From Candidatus Eiseniibacteriota bacterium (lineage in GTDB: Bacteria > Eisenbacteria > RBG-16-71-46 > SZUA-252), in NCBI GenBank assembly GCA_038060295.1, contig JBBTHR010000028.1, forward strand, positions 234 to 64,233: 64,000 bases of DNA, read 5' to 3'. The notes beneath the pieces were generated by a model, which was given only the letters and a program-made list of their open reading frames with translations, ran no database searches and was not told the origin of the DNA. How positions within the stretch are numbered: position 1 is the stretch's first letter; each line of letters starts with the position of its first letter. Below, piece by piece: positions 38,000 to 47,499 of this stretch. A program made the position numbers and the translations under genes.

Positions 38000-39292
38000 C
38001 TAGCGATCGCGCGTCTGGAGCACGCGCGTTCCGATCGCGACGCCGGCGAGCCCCGACAACACGAGCACCGCGAGCACGGGGAGCATCTCGCTCCACCCGA
38101 AGCCGCGCCAGATCGCGCCTTCCACCGAGAGCACCGCGTACTTCACCAGGCTGAAGTCGCTGAGGCGCTGCATCCACGCGGGCATGGCGATCAGCGGAAC
38201 CATCCCACCTCCCGTCATCGACATGACCATCATGATCGCCCAGCCGGCTCCCGACACGCTGGGCGGAGTTCTCCCGAGCGTGGCCACGACCATCATGACG
38301 CCGGTGAAGCAGAATGCCGACGAGGCGATCGCCACGGCGAGGAGGACGGGGTTCGAGACGCGGACGTGGAACGCGACCACGCCGATCAGAAGGACGATGC
38401 TCACGGCCGCGATCGCGGCGAGGAAGGCGGCGAGCCCCTTGCCGGCGAGGACCTGCGCCCGCCCGATCGGGGCGAGCCGAAGGCGCAGGAAGGTACCTGT
38501 GATCCGCTCGTAGACGATGGAGACGGCGAACGACATGCAGACCCCGATCAGGGCCCAGGCGATCGACGAAGGGAAGGTCACCTCGTAGGCGCTTCGCGGC
38601 CCCGTGTCCTCTTCGGCGATCTCGACGACGCGGAGGTTGGGGCCGCCGGCGCCGCCGGCGGAGGAGCCGCCCGGCGCGGTCGTCGAACCGGCCGCGCCGC
38701 CGGTCGAATCGAGAACGCTCATGAACCGATCGAGCGACTGGAGGAGCCGGGAGCGCTGCCCGCGGACTTCCGGGTCGAGCGTGGGGTCGTCCCGGAGCCT
38801 GTCGAGGCTCCTCTGGATCATCTCGCGCCCCCCGCCCTCCGGCGAGAAGGAGCCCTGCATCGACTGGAACATCGCCGCTGTCACCAGGCCCCGCACATAT
38901 TCCCGCTCCGCGGTCCTCCGGGGATCGACGCCGATCTCGATTCCGCTCGTGCTGTCGCCGCCGAAACCGAAATTCTCCCCTGTCCCCGGAAGAAGGGCCA
39001 CGTAGGCGACAAGATCCCCGCGGCGCACCAGAAGCCGCGCGGAATCGAGCGACGCTTCCCGCGCGCGGAGCGCGTCCGACGACTTCAGCTGTTTCACGAC
39101 CGCCTGGGAATACGCGGTGCGGTCCTGGTCGACGAGCGCCACCGGCATCACGGCGCGCTTGCCGCCGCCGCCGCTGATCGACCCGAAGAAGAAGGCGATG
39201 AGAATGGGGAAGCCGAGGACCCAGAAGAGATCGGCCTTGTCCCGCAGGAGAAGGCGAAGGTCTTTCGAAGCGATCGCCCAGATGGCATTCAT
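38000..39292 (-). CDS. ABC-2-type transporter permease
   Basis: N-terminal helix, large extracytoplasmic loop, then 5 C-terminal helices. Directly downstream of the ABC ATPase. Confidence 0.85.
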   Translation of the reverse strand: MNAIWAIASKDLRLLLRDKADLFWVLGFPILIAFFFGSISGGGGKRAVMPVALVDQDRTAYSQAVVKQLKSSDALRAREASLDSARLLVRRGDLVAYVALLPGTGENFGFGGDSTSGIEIGVDPRRTAEREYVRGLVTAAMFQSMQGSFSPEGGGREMIQRSLDRLRDDPTLDPEVRGQRSRLLQSLDRFMSVLDSTGGAAGSTTAPGGSSAGGAGGPNLRVVEIAEEDTGPRSAYEVTFPSSIAWALIGVCMSFAVSIVYERITGTFLRLRLAPIGRAQVLAGKGLAAFLAAIAAVSIVLLIGVVAFHVRVSNPVLLAVAIASSAFCFTGVMMVVATLGRTPPSVSGAGWAIMMVMSMTGGGMVPLIAMPAWMQRLSDFSLVKYAVLSVEGAIWRGFGWSEMLPVLAVLVLSGLAGVAIGTRVLQTRDR

Positions 39293-39307
39293 TCGCGTTC
39301 GGCTCCT

Positions 39308-40204
<897 letters not shown>

Positions 40205-40287
40205 GAGGGTGGAGTATGGCGCAAGACGCTGGAGTCGGGCGAGTGCTATCCTCGGCGCCTACCATCATCGCCACCAGGGAGGGCAGC

Positions 40288-40911
40288 ATGGATCGACGTG
40301 GAGCAGATCACTCCAAGCGGACGCCGGGGCTCCTCCTGCTCGCCGTCCTCTCCGTCATCGCGCTCGGCGGGATCGCCGGCTGCGCCGGTCTCCGCCAGGC
40401 GATCGCGCTTCGCCAGGTCGATTTCCGTTACGACCGCATCTCGGATCCGGCGATCGCGGGGCTCCGACTTTCGCGTATGTTGCGCTACGAGGACCTCTCC
40501 ATCGTCGATGTCGGCCGCCTCGCGCTGGCCGTCGCCACCAAGGATGTCCCGCTCGACATCACCGTCCATCTCGAGGGGAAGAACCCCGCCACGAACAACA
40601 CCACGGCCCGCATGATGCGGCTCGATTGGGTCTACCTGGTGGACGAGAAGTCGATCATCTCCGGGCAGATGACACAGGAGTTCGCCTTCCCTCCGGGAGA
40701 GGCGCGCGACGTGCCGGTGGGGGTGCGGTTCAACCTGGTGGAGTTATTTGGAAACGACGGCCGCGTGCTCTTCGACACGGCGCTCATTCTTTCGGGACAG
40801 CGGACGACGACGAAGAAGGTGGCGCTCCGGCTCACGCCGACGATCGACACGTCCCTGGGACCGATCCGCTATCCGGCGCCGATCACGCTCGACCTGGCAG
40901 CGGGAAACTAG
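40288..40911 (+). CDS. LEA_2/WHy-like (LEA14-type) lipoprotein
   Basis: AGGGAGGG upstream of ATG 40288. Lipobox IAGC. Block HLEGKNPATNNTTARMMRLDWVYLVDEKSIISGQ...FPPGEARDVPVGVRF. Confidence 0.6.
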   Translation: MDRRGADHSKRTPGLLLLAVLSVIALGGIAGCAGLRQAIALRQVDFRYDRISDPAIAGLRLSRMLRYEDLSIVDVGRLALAVATKDVPLDITVHLEGKNPATNNTTARMMRLDWVYLVDEKSIISGQMTQEFAFPPGEARDVPVGVRFNLVELFGNDGRVLFDTALILSGQRTTTKKVALRLTPTIDTSLGPIRYPAPITLDLAAGN

Positions 40912-41068
40912 CGCGGCGCCGGGAACGGCGTGGCTATTCCCTTCAGGGGACGTAGGCTACGGGGCGCCTCGATTTCGCTGGCCCCCGAGCGTTTCTCCGC
41001 CGATACTTCTAGAAAGGACCCGCCATTCAGCGATCCCTCCATTTCATCACCCCGACGATCGGAGCTTC

Positions 41069-41701
41069 GTGACTATTCTCTACGGCATCCTCGCAGGTAC
41101 TCTCGCCGGCATCGTCCAGGGCAGCTTCATCGAGTGGGCGTTTCATCGTTACTGGCTCCACCGGCCCTGGCTTCCCAAGGGCGCCTTCACCGCCCATACG
41201 CTCGTTCACCACCAGCTCTGCAGGCACGACGACACGTTTCACGTCGTCGAGGAGGAGCAGCACGAAGCGCTCTCCTTCCAGTGGTGGGGCGGGCCGCTCC
41301 TGATCGCGATCAACGTCACTCCCTGGGTGCTCCTCTCCTTGTGGTTCGGTTCCATGCAGTGGGCGCTCCCCTACGCACCGTTCGTGGTCAGCCTGGGCGT
41401 CGCGTTCGCGCTCTACTACGCGGGCTATGAGGGGCTGCACTACCTGATGCACATGCCGTCGGTCCCCTGGATCGAGCGGACGAAGTACTTCCAGTTCATC
41501 AAGAAGCACCACCGCATCCACCACATCCACATGAATCGGAATCTGAACGTGCTCCTCCCTCTGGCGGATCTCTGCCTCGGCACGCTGGTCACGGCGATGC
41601 CGGAAGCGAGGCCGACGCCCCAGTCGGCCCGCGGCATCGCGCGGCGCCACAGCAAGGCGAAGAAGAAGGAAGGCGTGCGGAAGCGCGAGAAGGTCGCCTA
41701 G
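41069..41701 (+). CDS. fatty acid hydroxylase / sterol desaturase-family membrane protein
   Basis: GTG 41069 after GGAG. Histidine boxes HRYWLH, HTLVHH, HHRIHH. Confidence 0.8.
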   Translation: MTILYGILAGTLAGIVQGSFIEWAFHRYWLHRPWLPKGAFTAHTLVHHQLCRHDDTFHVVEEEQHEALSFQWWGGPLLIAINVTPWVLLSLWFGSMQWALPYAPFVVSLGVAFALYYAGYEGLHYLMHMPSVPWIERTKYFQFIKKHHRIHHIHMNRNLNVLLPLADLCLGTLVTAMPEARPTPQSARGIARRHSKAKKKEGVRKREKVA

Positions 41702-41737
41702 ACCTTCCCGCGCGCCAGACCTCTCGCCGCGCTCCGC

Positions 41738-41866
41738 CTACCGGGAGTGGAAGAACCCGGCGAACACGACGTAGAGAAGCAATCCGATCGTTGGCAGAAG
41801 AACGGCGAACGTGACGAGGGCGAAAGCGCCGAGAGCCGGTGGGACCTGCTGGATGCGGTGAGACAT
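41738..41866 (-). CDS. 42-aa membrane peptide, PLD-nuclease-N-terminal (PLDc_N)-like
   Basis: Not in the ORF track (under 60 aa). GGGGAGGT 5 nt upstream of ATG 41866. MSHRIQQVPPALGAFALVTFAVLLPTIGLLLYVVFAGFFHSR; the LLPxIGxLLY pattern is recalled from PF13396. Confidence 0.45.
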   Translation of the reverse strand: MSHRIQQVPPALGAFALVTFAVLLPTIGLLLYVVFAGFFHSR

Positions 41867-42096
41867 TGGATACCTCCCCGGAGGCGAGACTCACCTCGTA
41901 GGACGCCTCCGGGGGAAGTTGATGCAGAAGTTGTACCGGCCGCGTCGAGGGGTGCGCCGCGCCGGCGTAACGACTGCGAATACGGAAGATGGGCCTGCCG
42001 AACCGCCAAGCAAGGGTGGCCCGTCCACCAATGTGCCTCCTGACGGGATGTCAGGGAGCCTGACGCGCCGGTCCCCGACTGCCAGCCCCGCTATGC

Positions 42097-44073
42097 CTAC
42101 CGCGCGGCGCGCTTCAGAACCGCCAGGATTTCCTCTCCGTATTTCTCCACCTTCGCCGGTCCGATGCCGTAGCAGAGCCTCAGCTCATCGAGGCTCGCGG
42201 GGCCGATGACCGCGATGTCGTCGAGCGTTCGGTCGGAGGCGACGACGAAGGCAGGGACCGAGTCGGTGCGGGCGCGCTCCAGGCGCCACCGGCGGAGGGC
42301 GTCGAATCGCGCGGCATGGCCTGCCGGTTTGTCGTCGCCCAGAGCGCCGAGCGCGCCCGGCATTCCGGCGGCCCTTCCGGCGCCCGCCCCCGCGGATGGC
42401 GTGCGTCGCTGCTCCCCTCGCGCCGAGCGCCGCGGTCCGGTCGCCCGGAGCGGCGGCAGGATCAATCGCGCCTCGCGCTTTCCGGCGAGGACCGCCTTCC
42501 CGAGATCGGTCAGCCTGAGGAGGGGATACTCGCCCTCCGTGAAGTCGACCCACCCCGCCGTGACGCAACGCTGCAACGCCTGGCCGAGCCACGCTTCAGG
42601 ATAGCGCGCGAGCGCGCCGGCGTCGCGGTGCCCGCCCAAGCCGTAGCGGACCAGTCGGTCGTCCTTCTCGCCGCGTAGAAATTTCACGGTCACCTTGAAG
42701 CCGAGGCGCTGATCCACCAGCCGGACCGCTGAGAGGATCGCCATCGCGACCGTGTGGCTCTCGGTGCCTGGGCCGCCCGCGCCGCCATCGGGACCGCCCT
42801 CCGCCAACTCCCTGCAGACGTCGCAGCGCCCGCAGCCGTGGAGCGTCTCCACCTCGTCGCCGAAGTAGCGGAGGATGGCGTCGTGTCGGCAGGTGCCTCC
42901 CTCGGCCCAGCGCAGAAGATCGCGGAACATCGACCAGCGGTGCTCCACCCACGCCGCGCCCGTTCCTTCCTGACTTGCGCCGCGCTCGATCAGCGACTTC
43001 CGCCGCGGGATGTCCGAGAGGCGAAGAAGGAGGAGTCCGAAGGCGTCGGCGCCGTCCCGGCCGGCGCGCCCCACCTCCTGGTAGTACGCCTCCACCGAGT
43101 CGGGAGGGGAGAGATGAATCACCGCGCGAACGTCGGCGCGGTCGATCCCCATGCCGAAGGCGTTCGTGGCCGCGACCACGTCCAACTCGCCTGCCATGAA
43201 GCGTTTCTGGACTTCGCTTCGCAAGTCGCCTGATAGCCCCGCGTGGTACCAGCCTGCGCGCCATCCAGCCGCACGCAGACGTTTCGCCTCGGCCTCGGAA
43301 TCGGCCCGGCTGAGGCAGTAGAGGATTGCGGCGCCCGGTTTCCGGCCGGCGGGTCCCGGTCCTCCGAGAGCCTCGGCAAGGGCGTCGTCGATGCAAAGCC
43401 GAAGCTCGCTCGCCGTGTCGGGGGTGGACACCCGCAACGAGAGATTCGGCCTGGCGAAGCCGCGGAGGATCTGCGGCGTGTCGGCTCCCAGCTTGAGCTG
43501 CGTGACGATGTCGTCGCGCACGGCCGGCGTGGCGGTCGCCGTGCAGGCGAGGACCATGGCGGCGGGGAACTGCTTCACGAAGTCGCCGATGGCCAGGTAC
43601 TCGCGTCTGAAATCGTGCCCCCAGTGGCTGATGCAATGCGCTTCGTCGATGGCCACGAGGGGAGGATCGAGTTCGCGCGCCAGCTCCTGAAATCCGGGAT
43701 AGGGAAGCCGCTCCGGCGCCACGTAGACAAGGCGGTAGTCGCCCGCGCGAATGCCGCGAAGCCGCGCGCGCGCTTCCTCGTCGGAAAGCGTGGAGGCGAG
43801 GTAGGTGGCCGCCACGCCGCGCTGCTGGAGCCCCGCGACCTGGTCCTGCATGAGCGCGATCAGGGGGGAGATGACGAGCGTGGTCCCCTCGAGCATGGTG
43901 GCGGGGAGCTGATAGATGAGGCTCTTCCCGCCGCCCGTCGGCGCGACGAGCAGGAGGCGGCGATACTGGAAGAGAGTCTCCAGCGCCTCGCGCTGGCCCG
44001 GGCGAAACTCGGCATAACCGAGCTGGCGAAGGGCGGCCGTGAATTCCGATGTCGAGCGAGTCGTCGTTCCCAT
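42097..44073 (-). CDS. recQ: ATP-dependent DNA helicase RecQ
   Basis: FRPGQREA, Walker A APTGGGKS, DEAH box AIDEAHCISHWGHDFR, Zn-binding Cys cluster CRHD...CGRCDVC, C-terminal HRDC-like region. Confidence 0.93.
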   Translation of the reverse strand: MGTTTRSTSEFTAALRQLGYAEFRPGQREALETLFQYRRLLLVAPTGGGKSLIYQLPATMLEGTTLVISPLIALMQDQVAGLQQRGVAATYLASTLSDEEARARLRGIRAGDYRLVYVAPERLPYPGFQELARELDPPLVAIDEAHCISHWGHDFRREYLAIGDFVKQFPAAMVLACTATATPAVRDDIVTQLKLGADTPQILRGFARPNLSLRVSTPDTASELRLCIDDALAEALGGPGPAGRKPGAAILYCLSRADSEAEAKRLRAAGWRAGWYHAGLSGDLRSEVQKRFMAGELDVVAATNAFGMGIDRADVRAVIHLSPPDSVEAYYQEVGRAGRDGADAFGLLLLRLSDIPRRKSLIERGASQEGTGAAWVEHRWSMFRDLLRWAEGGTCRHDAILRYFGDEVETLHGCGRCDVCRELAEGGPDGGAGGPGTESHTVAMAILSAVRLVDQRLGFKVTVKFLRGEKDDRLVRYGLGGHRDAGALARYPEAWLGQALQRCVTAGWVDFTEGEYPLLRLTDLGKAVLAGKREARLILPPLRATGPRRSARGEQRRTPSAGAGAGRAAGMPGALGALGDDKPAGHAARFDALRRWRLERARTDSVPAFVVASDRTLDDIAVIGPASLDELRLCYGIGPAKVEKYGEEILAVLKRAAR

Positions 44074-44182
44074 GGCCTATCGATCAGGGGCTGTGGCGCG
44101 CGGGGGGCCGGTGGCGAGGAGCAGGGGGAATGTAGACGATGAACTCCTGCGAGGGAAGAGCGACCTGCTATGCTTCCGCCGC

Positions 44183-45331
44183 ATGTGCCGTCACGTCACT
44201 CCGCGCCTCGGGCTCCTCACCTTCGGCCATCTCACCATCGATTCGTATTCCTCCTTCTTCGCGCCGCTCCTTCCGCTGCTGGTGGCGAAGCTAGAGCTGA
44301 ATCTCACGTTGGTGGGAACGCTGGTGGCCCTCTCGTCGATCACCTCTTCCTTCTCCCAGCCGCTCTTCGGTCTTCTCTCCGATCGGATGCGGCGTCCCTG
44401 GTTCGTGGCGCTGGGGCCGCTCACCGCGGCGATCTTCATGAGCGCGCTGGGGCTGGCGCCGAGTTACGGCGCCCTGGTCGCGCTGCTCATGCTGGCGGGA
44501 CTGGGCGTCGCCGCGTTCCATCCGCAGGCTGCGGCGCTCGCGGCGGAGGCGACCGGGCGCCGGAGCATCTCCATGGCGATCTTCGTGACGGGCGGGACGC
44601 TGGGGTTCGCGCTCGGTCCGATGTTCGCCGTGGGGGTCGTGACCACGTTCGGGCTCGAGCGAACCTGGGTGGCGGTAGCCCCGGGAATCGCGGCGACCGC
44701 ACTGCTTCTCGTCTGGCTCGGGCGGACGGAGGCGAAGCCGCGGCACAACGAGAAGCCGCCGCCGCTGCGCGCGCTCCGTCCGGTGCTCCGCCCTCTCACG
44801 CTCCTCTATGCCGCGACGGTGTCACGCTCCGCGATCGCCACCGGTTACATGACCTTCCTGCCGCTCTACCTCCACGAACGAGGCTATTCGCTTTCGCGGA
44901 GCGGGGCGATGGTGTCGCTCTACCTTCTCAGCGGCGCCCTCGGTGGATTCCTCGGCGGATGGCTCGCCGACCGGATCGGGGGGCGCCGCGTGATCGCCGC
45001 CTCGTTCGCGGGGGCGCTGCCGCTCTTCGTCGCCTCACTCTTCCTGGGAGATCGGATCGGAATCCCCTGCCTTCTCCTGGGCTCGTTCGTGCTCCAGGCC
45101 TCGCTCCCGGTGAACGTCGTGCTGGGGCAGGAACTCTCGCCGGCTCATTCGTCCACCATCTCGAGCTTCCTGATGGGGGCGGCGTGGGGGATGGGAGCGC
45201 TCATCGTGGGACCGATCGGAGCCCTGGCGGACGCGCGCGGAATTCACGCGGCGCTCCTGGCGCTCGCCTGCATGCCGGCCGTGGGACTCGCCTGCGCGAT
45301 CGCGCTTCTGAGGACGGGTCCCCGGTCATGA
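44183..45331 (+). CDS. MFS transporter, Fsr (fosmidomycin-resistance)-like
   Basis: FGHLTIDSYSSFFAPLLPLL N-terminal signature and 12 predicted helices. Start ATG 44183. Confidence 0.8.
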   Translation: MCRHVTPRLGLLTFGHLTIDSYSSFFAPLLPLLVAKLELNLTLVGTLVALSSITSSFSQPLFGLLSDRMRRPWFVALGPLTAAIFMSALGLAPSYGALVALLMLAGLGVAAFHPQAAALAAEATGRRSISMAIFVTGGTLGFALGPMFAVGVVTTFGLERTWVAVAPGIAATALLLVWLGRTEAKPRHNEKPPPLRALRPVLRPLTLLYAATVSRSAIATGYMTFLPLYLHERGYSLSRSGAMVSLYLLSGALGGFLGGWLADRIGGRRVIAASFAGALPLFVASLFLGDRIGIPCLLLGSFVLQASLPVNVVLGQELSPAHSSTISSFLMGAAWGMGALIVGPIGALADARGIHAALLALACMPAVGLACAIALLRTGPRS

Positions 45332-45360
45332 CGGGCGGCCCCGCCTCGAAACCCTCGCCC

Positions 45361-45390
45361 TTGACCGGCGCCCCCGTAAAGCCTCACAAT
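45361..45390 (+). promoter_or_regulatory. candidate sigma70-type promoter for the oxidase subunit III gene
   Basis: TTGACC, 17-18 nt spacer, then TCACAAT. About 50 nt upstream of ATG 45440. Confidence 0.3.
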
Positions 45391-45439
45391 CCCGCGTCAA
45401 ACGGACACATACGACCCGAACAGGAGGATCCGAGAAGCC

Positions 45440-46225
45440 ATGTCCGACACCGCTCTCGCGCCGCACCACTCGCACGATCCGATCCCGAGCAAGTGGCCGA
45501 TCATCACGGCCCTCGGCGCCGGGCTTCTCCCCGTCGGAATCGTCCTGAACGGCCACGGGAACAAGAACGGCATCGCGATTCTCCTGGCCGGCCTCCTGAT
45601 CACGATCGTCGGGGCGGGGCGCTGGTGGGGCGAACTGCTCCGCGACAAGTTTTCGGGGAAGGACCTGGCGGACGCCGACGGGCGGTTGAAGACCTCCTTC
45701 AAGATCTTCATTGCGTCCGAAGCGGCGATCTTCGCCGCCTTCTTCGCCGCGCTCTTCTACGCGCGCTATCACGCCAAGGTCTGGCCGCCGGAGGGGATGC
45801 CGCACTTCAGCCTCCTCCTGCCGGCCGTGAACACGTTCGTCCTCCTCTTCTCCTCGGTGACCTGCCATTTCGCGCACATGGCGCTGGAGCGCGGCCGGAA
45901 GGAGCAGTTCGTCTCGGGTCTCCTCATGACGATCTTCCTCGGCGCCGTCTTTCTTTGTGGCCAGGCATACGAATACGGTGTCCTGAACGGAGAAGCGTTC
46001 TCGATCAAGAGCGGAGTATTCGGCACCACCTTCTTCATGCTGACCGGCTTCCACGGGCTGCACGTGCTGATGGGGGTTATCTTTCTGAATGTCGTGTACG
46101 CGGCGGCGATGAAGGGCCGCATCACGAAGGAGCAGCACTTCCCGTTCCTCGCGGCCGGCTGGTACTGGCATTTCGTCGACGCGATCTGGGTCGGGGTCTT
46201 CAGCGTCGTCTACCTCCTGCAGTAG
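45440..46225 (+). CDS. heme-copper oxidase subunit III family protein
   Basis: GGAGGA upstream. FFMLTGFHGLHVLMGV and WYWHFVDAIWV, typical of Cox3/CyoC. Confidence 0.88.
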   Translation: MSDTALAPHHSHDPIPSKWPIITALGAGLLPVGIVLNGHGNKNGIAILLAGLLITIVGAGRWWGELLRDKFSGKDLADADGRLKTSFKIFIASEAAIFAAFFAALFYARYHAKVWPPEGMPHFSLLLPAVNTFVLLFSSVTCHFAHMALERGRKEQFVSGLLMTIFLGAVFLCGQAYEYGVLNGEAFSIKSGVFGTTFFMLTGFHGLHVLMGVIFLNVVYAAAMKGRITKEQHFPFLAAGWYWHFVDAIWVGVFSVVYLLQ

Positions 46226-46259
46226 CGGAGGCGGGCGGCCGTCACAAGGGGGCTGTGCC

Positions 46260-46733
46260 ATGAACTTCCCGCGACCAAGGATGGTGGCCGCCGCGGCGGC
46301 GGCGATGCTGCTCGTCGTCGGTCCCATCGGATGCGACCAGATTCAGCAGCAGTTGACCGGGGCCAAGGACCAGGGGCCGGTTCTGGTGTCGCTTCGTGAA
46401 ACGCTCACCGCGAGACGGTCGCGCCTCTCGGTCGCGGTGTTGAACGGGCAGATGGACTTCGTGCCCGGCTATATGAACGATCTGAAAGCGACCCTCGATA
46501 GCCTGGAGACGCAGGCGGGGAAGATGAGCCTCATGGACAGCCAAGAGATGAAGCTGAAAGTCGCCTCGGCGCGGAACGCGGCAAACGCGGCGCAGCCGTT
46601 CATCATGCAGAACGACGTCGAGGGGGTGAAGGCGCAGCAGCGAAACCTCGACCAGGTGCTCTTCGAGATCGACGAGATTCTGGTGCGGGCGATCGGAATG
46701 GTCGATCCCGTGCCGGCCGGCGGCGGATCGTGA
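46260..46733 (+). CDS. hypothetical lipoprotein
   Basis: Signal peptide with lipobox PIGC. 157 aa, helical and Gln/Ala-rich. Confidence 0.55.
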   Translation: MNFPRPRMVAAAAAAMLLVVGPIGCDQIQQQLTGAKDQGPVLVSLRETLTARRSRLSVAVLNGQMDFVPGYMNDLKATLDSLETQAGKMSLMDSQEMKLKVASARNAANAAQPFIMQNDVEGVKAQQRNLDQVLFEIDEILVRAIGMVDPVPAGGGS

Positions 46734-47443
46734 TGAGTTCCCCCGGCGAGGCCGAAGAACTGGTCCGGGAGGGGGAAGAGTCTCTGGAAGAGGGTGAATA
46801 CGAGGATGCGCTCGTCGCCTTCGAGCGCGCCCTGGAGGAAGATCCGGAACACTGGGGCGCCGCGCTCGACCGAAGCGAGGCGCTCCATTTGCTTTGGCGC
46901 ACCGACGAGGCGCTCTCCGCCGTTCAGGAGCTCCAGCCGCCCGCGGACGAGGAAGACGACGCTGACCGCGCCGACCTGGAGGCACGAATCCTCGAGGCTG
47001 CGGGGGAGTTCACGGCCGCCGACGTGCTCTTCGAAGAAGCGTCACGCCTCGACACCGAGAATTTCCCGCGCCCGGTCCGCACGACGCGGGACGACTTCCG
47101 GGCGATCCTCGACGACGTCCTCCGCGGTCTCCCGAAGCAGATTCGCGACGTCGTGGCTCAGGTCCCCGTGACCGTGGAGCCCAAGCCGACTCCGGAGATG
47201 GCCGATCAGGCGCCGCACATTTCGCCGGAGATTCTCGGTCTCTTCGTCGGGACGTCGATCGGGGAAAAGGTCGGAGCGCCCTCGGGGTTCCCCGACGTCG
47301 TGCTCCTCTTCCAGCGAAACCTGGAGCGGGCCGGGAAGACCCGCGCCGAAGTGGCGAAGGAGATCCGGATCACGCTGCTTCACGAGTACGGGCACTATCT
47401 GGGCTTCGAGGAAGAGGACATGGAGGGGTTGGGGCTGGCCTGA
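46733..47443 (+). CDS. TPR-like N-terminus fused to Zincin_1 (DUF1025) metallopeptidase-family domain
   Basis: Overlaps the upstream stop (TGATG); GTG 46730 is an alternative start. C-terminal HExxH-type motif LLHEYGHYLGFEEEDM. Confidence 0.72.
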   Translation: MSSPGEAEELVREGEESLEEGEYEDALVAFERALEEDPEHWGAALDRSEALHLLWRTDEALSAVQELQPPADEEDDADRADLEARILEAAGEFTAADVLFEEASRLDTENFPRPVRTTRDDFRAILDDVLRGLPKQIRDVVAQVPVTVEPKPTPEMADQAPHISPEILGLFVGTSIGEKVGAPSGFPDVVLLFQRNLERAGKTRAEVAKEIRITLLHEYGHYLGFEEEDMEGLGLA

Positions 47444-47444
47444 T

Positions 47445-47472
47445 CCGCGTCTCGCCTCCCGCGTCTCGCCTC
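47445..47472. repeat. perfect 14-nt tandem duplication (CCGCGTCTCGCCTC x2, partial third to 47479)
   Basis: Read directly. Lies in the 56-nt spacer between convergent genes. Confidence 0.9.
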
Positions 47473-47499
47473 CCGCTCCACGCCGCTTTCCGCCGCGCC

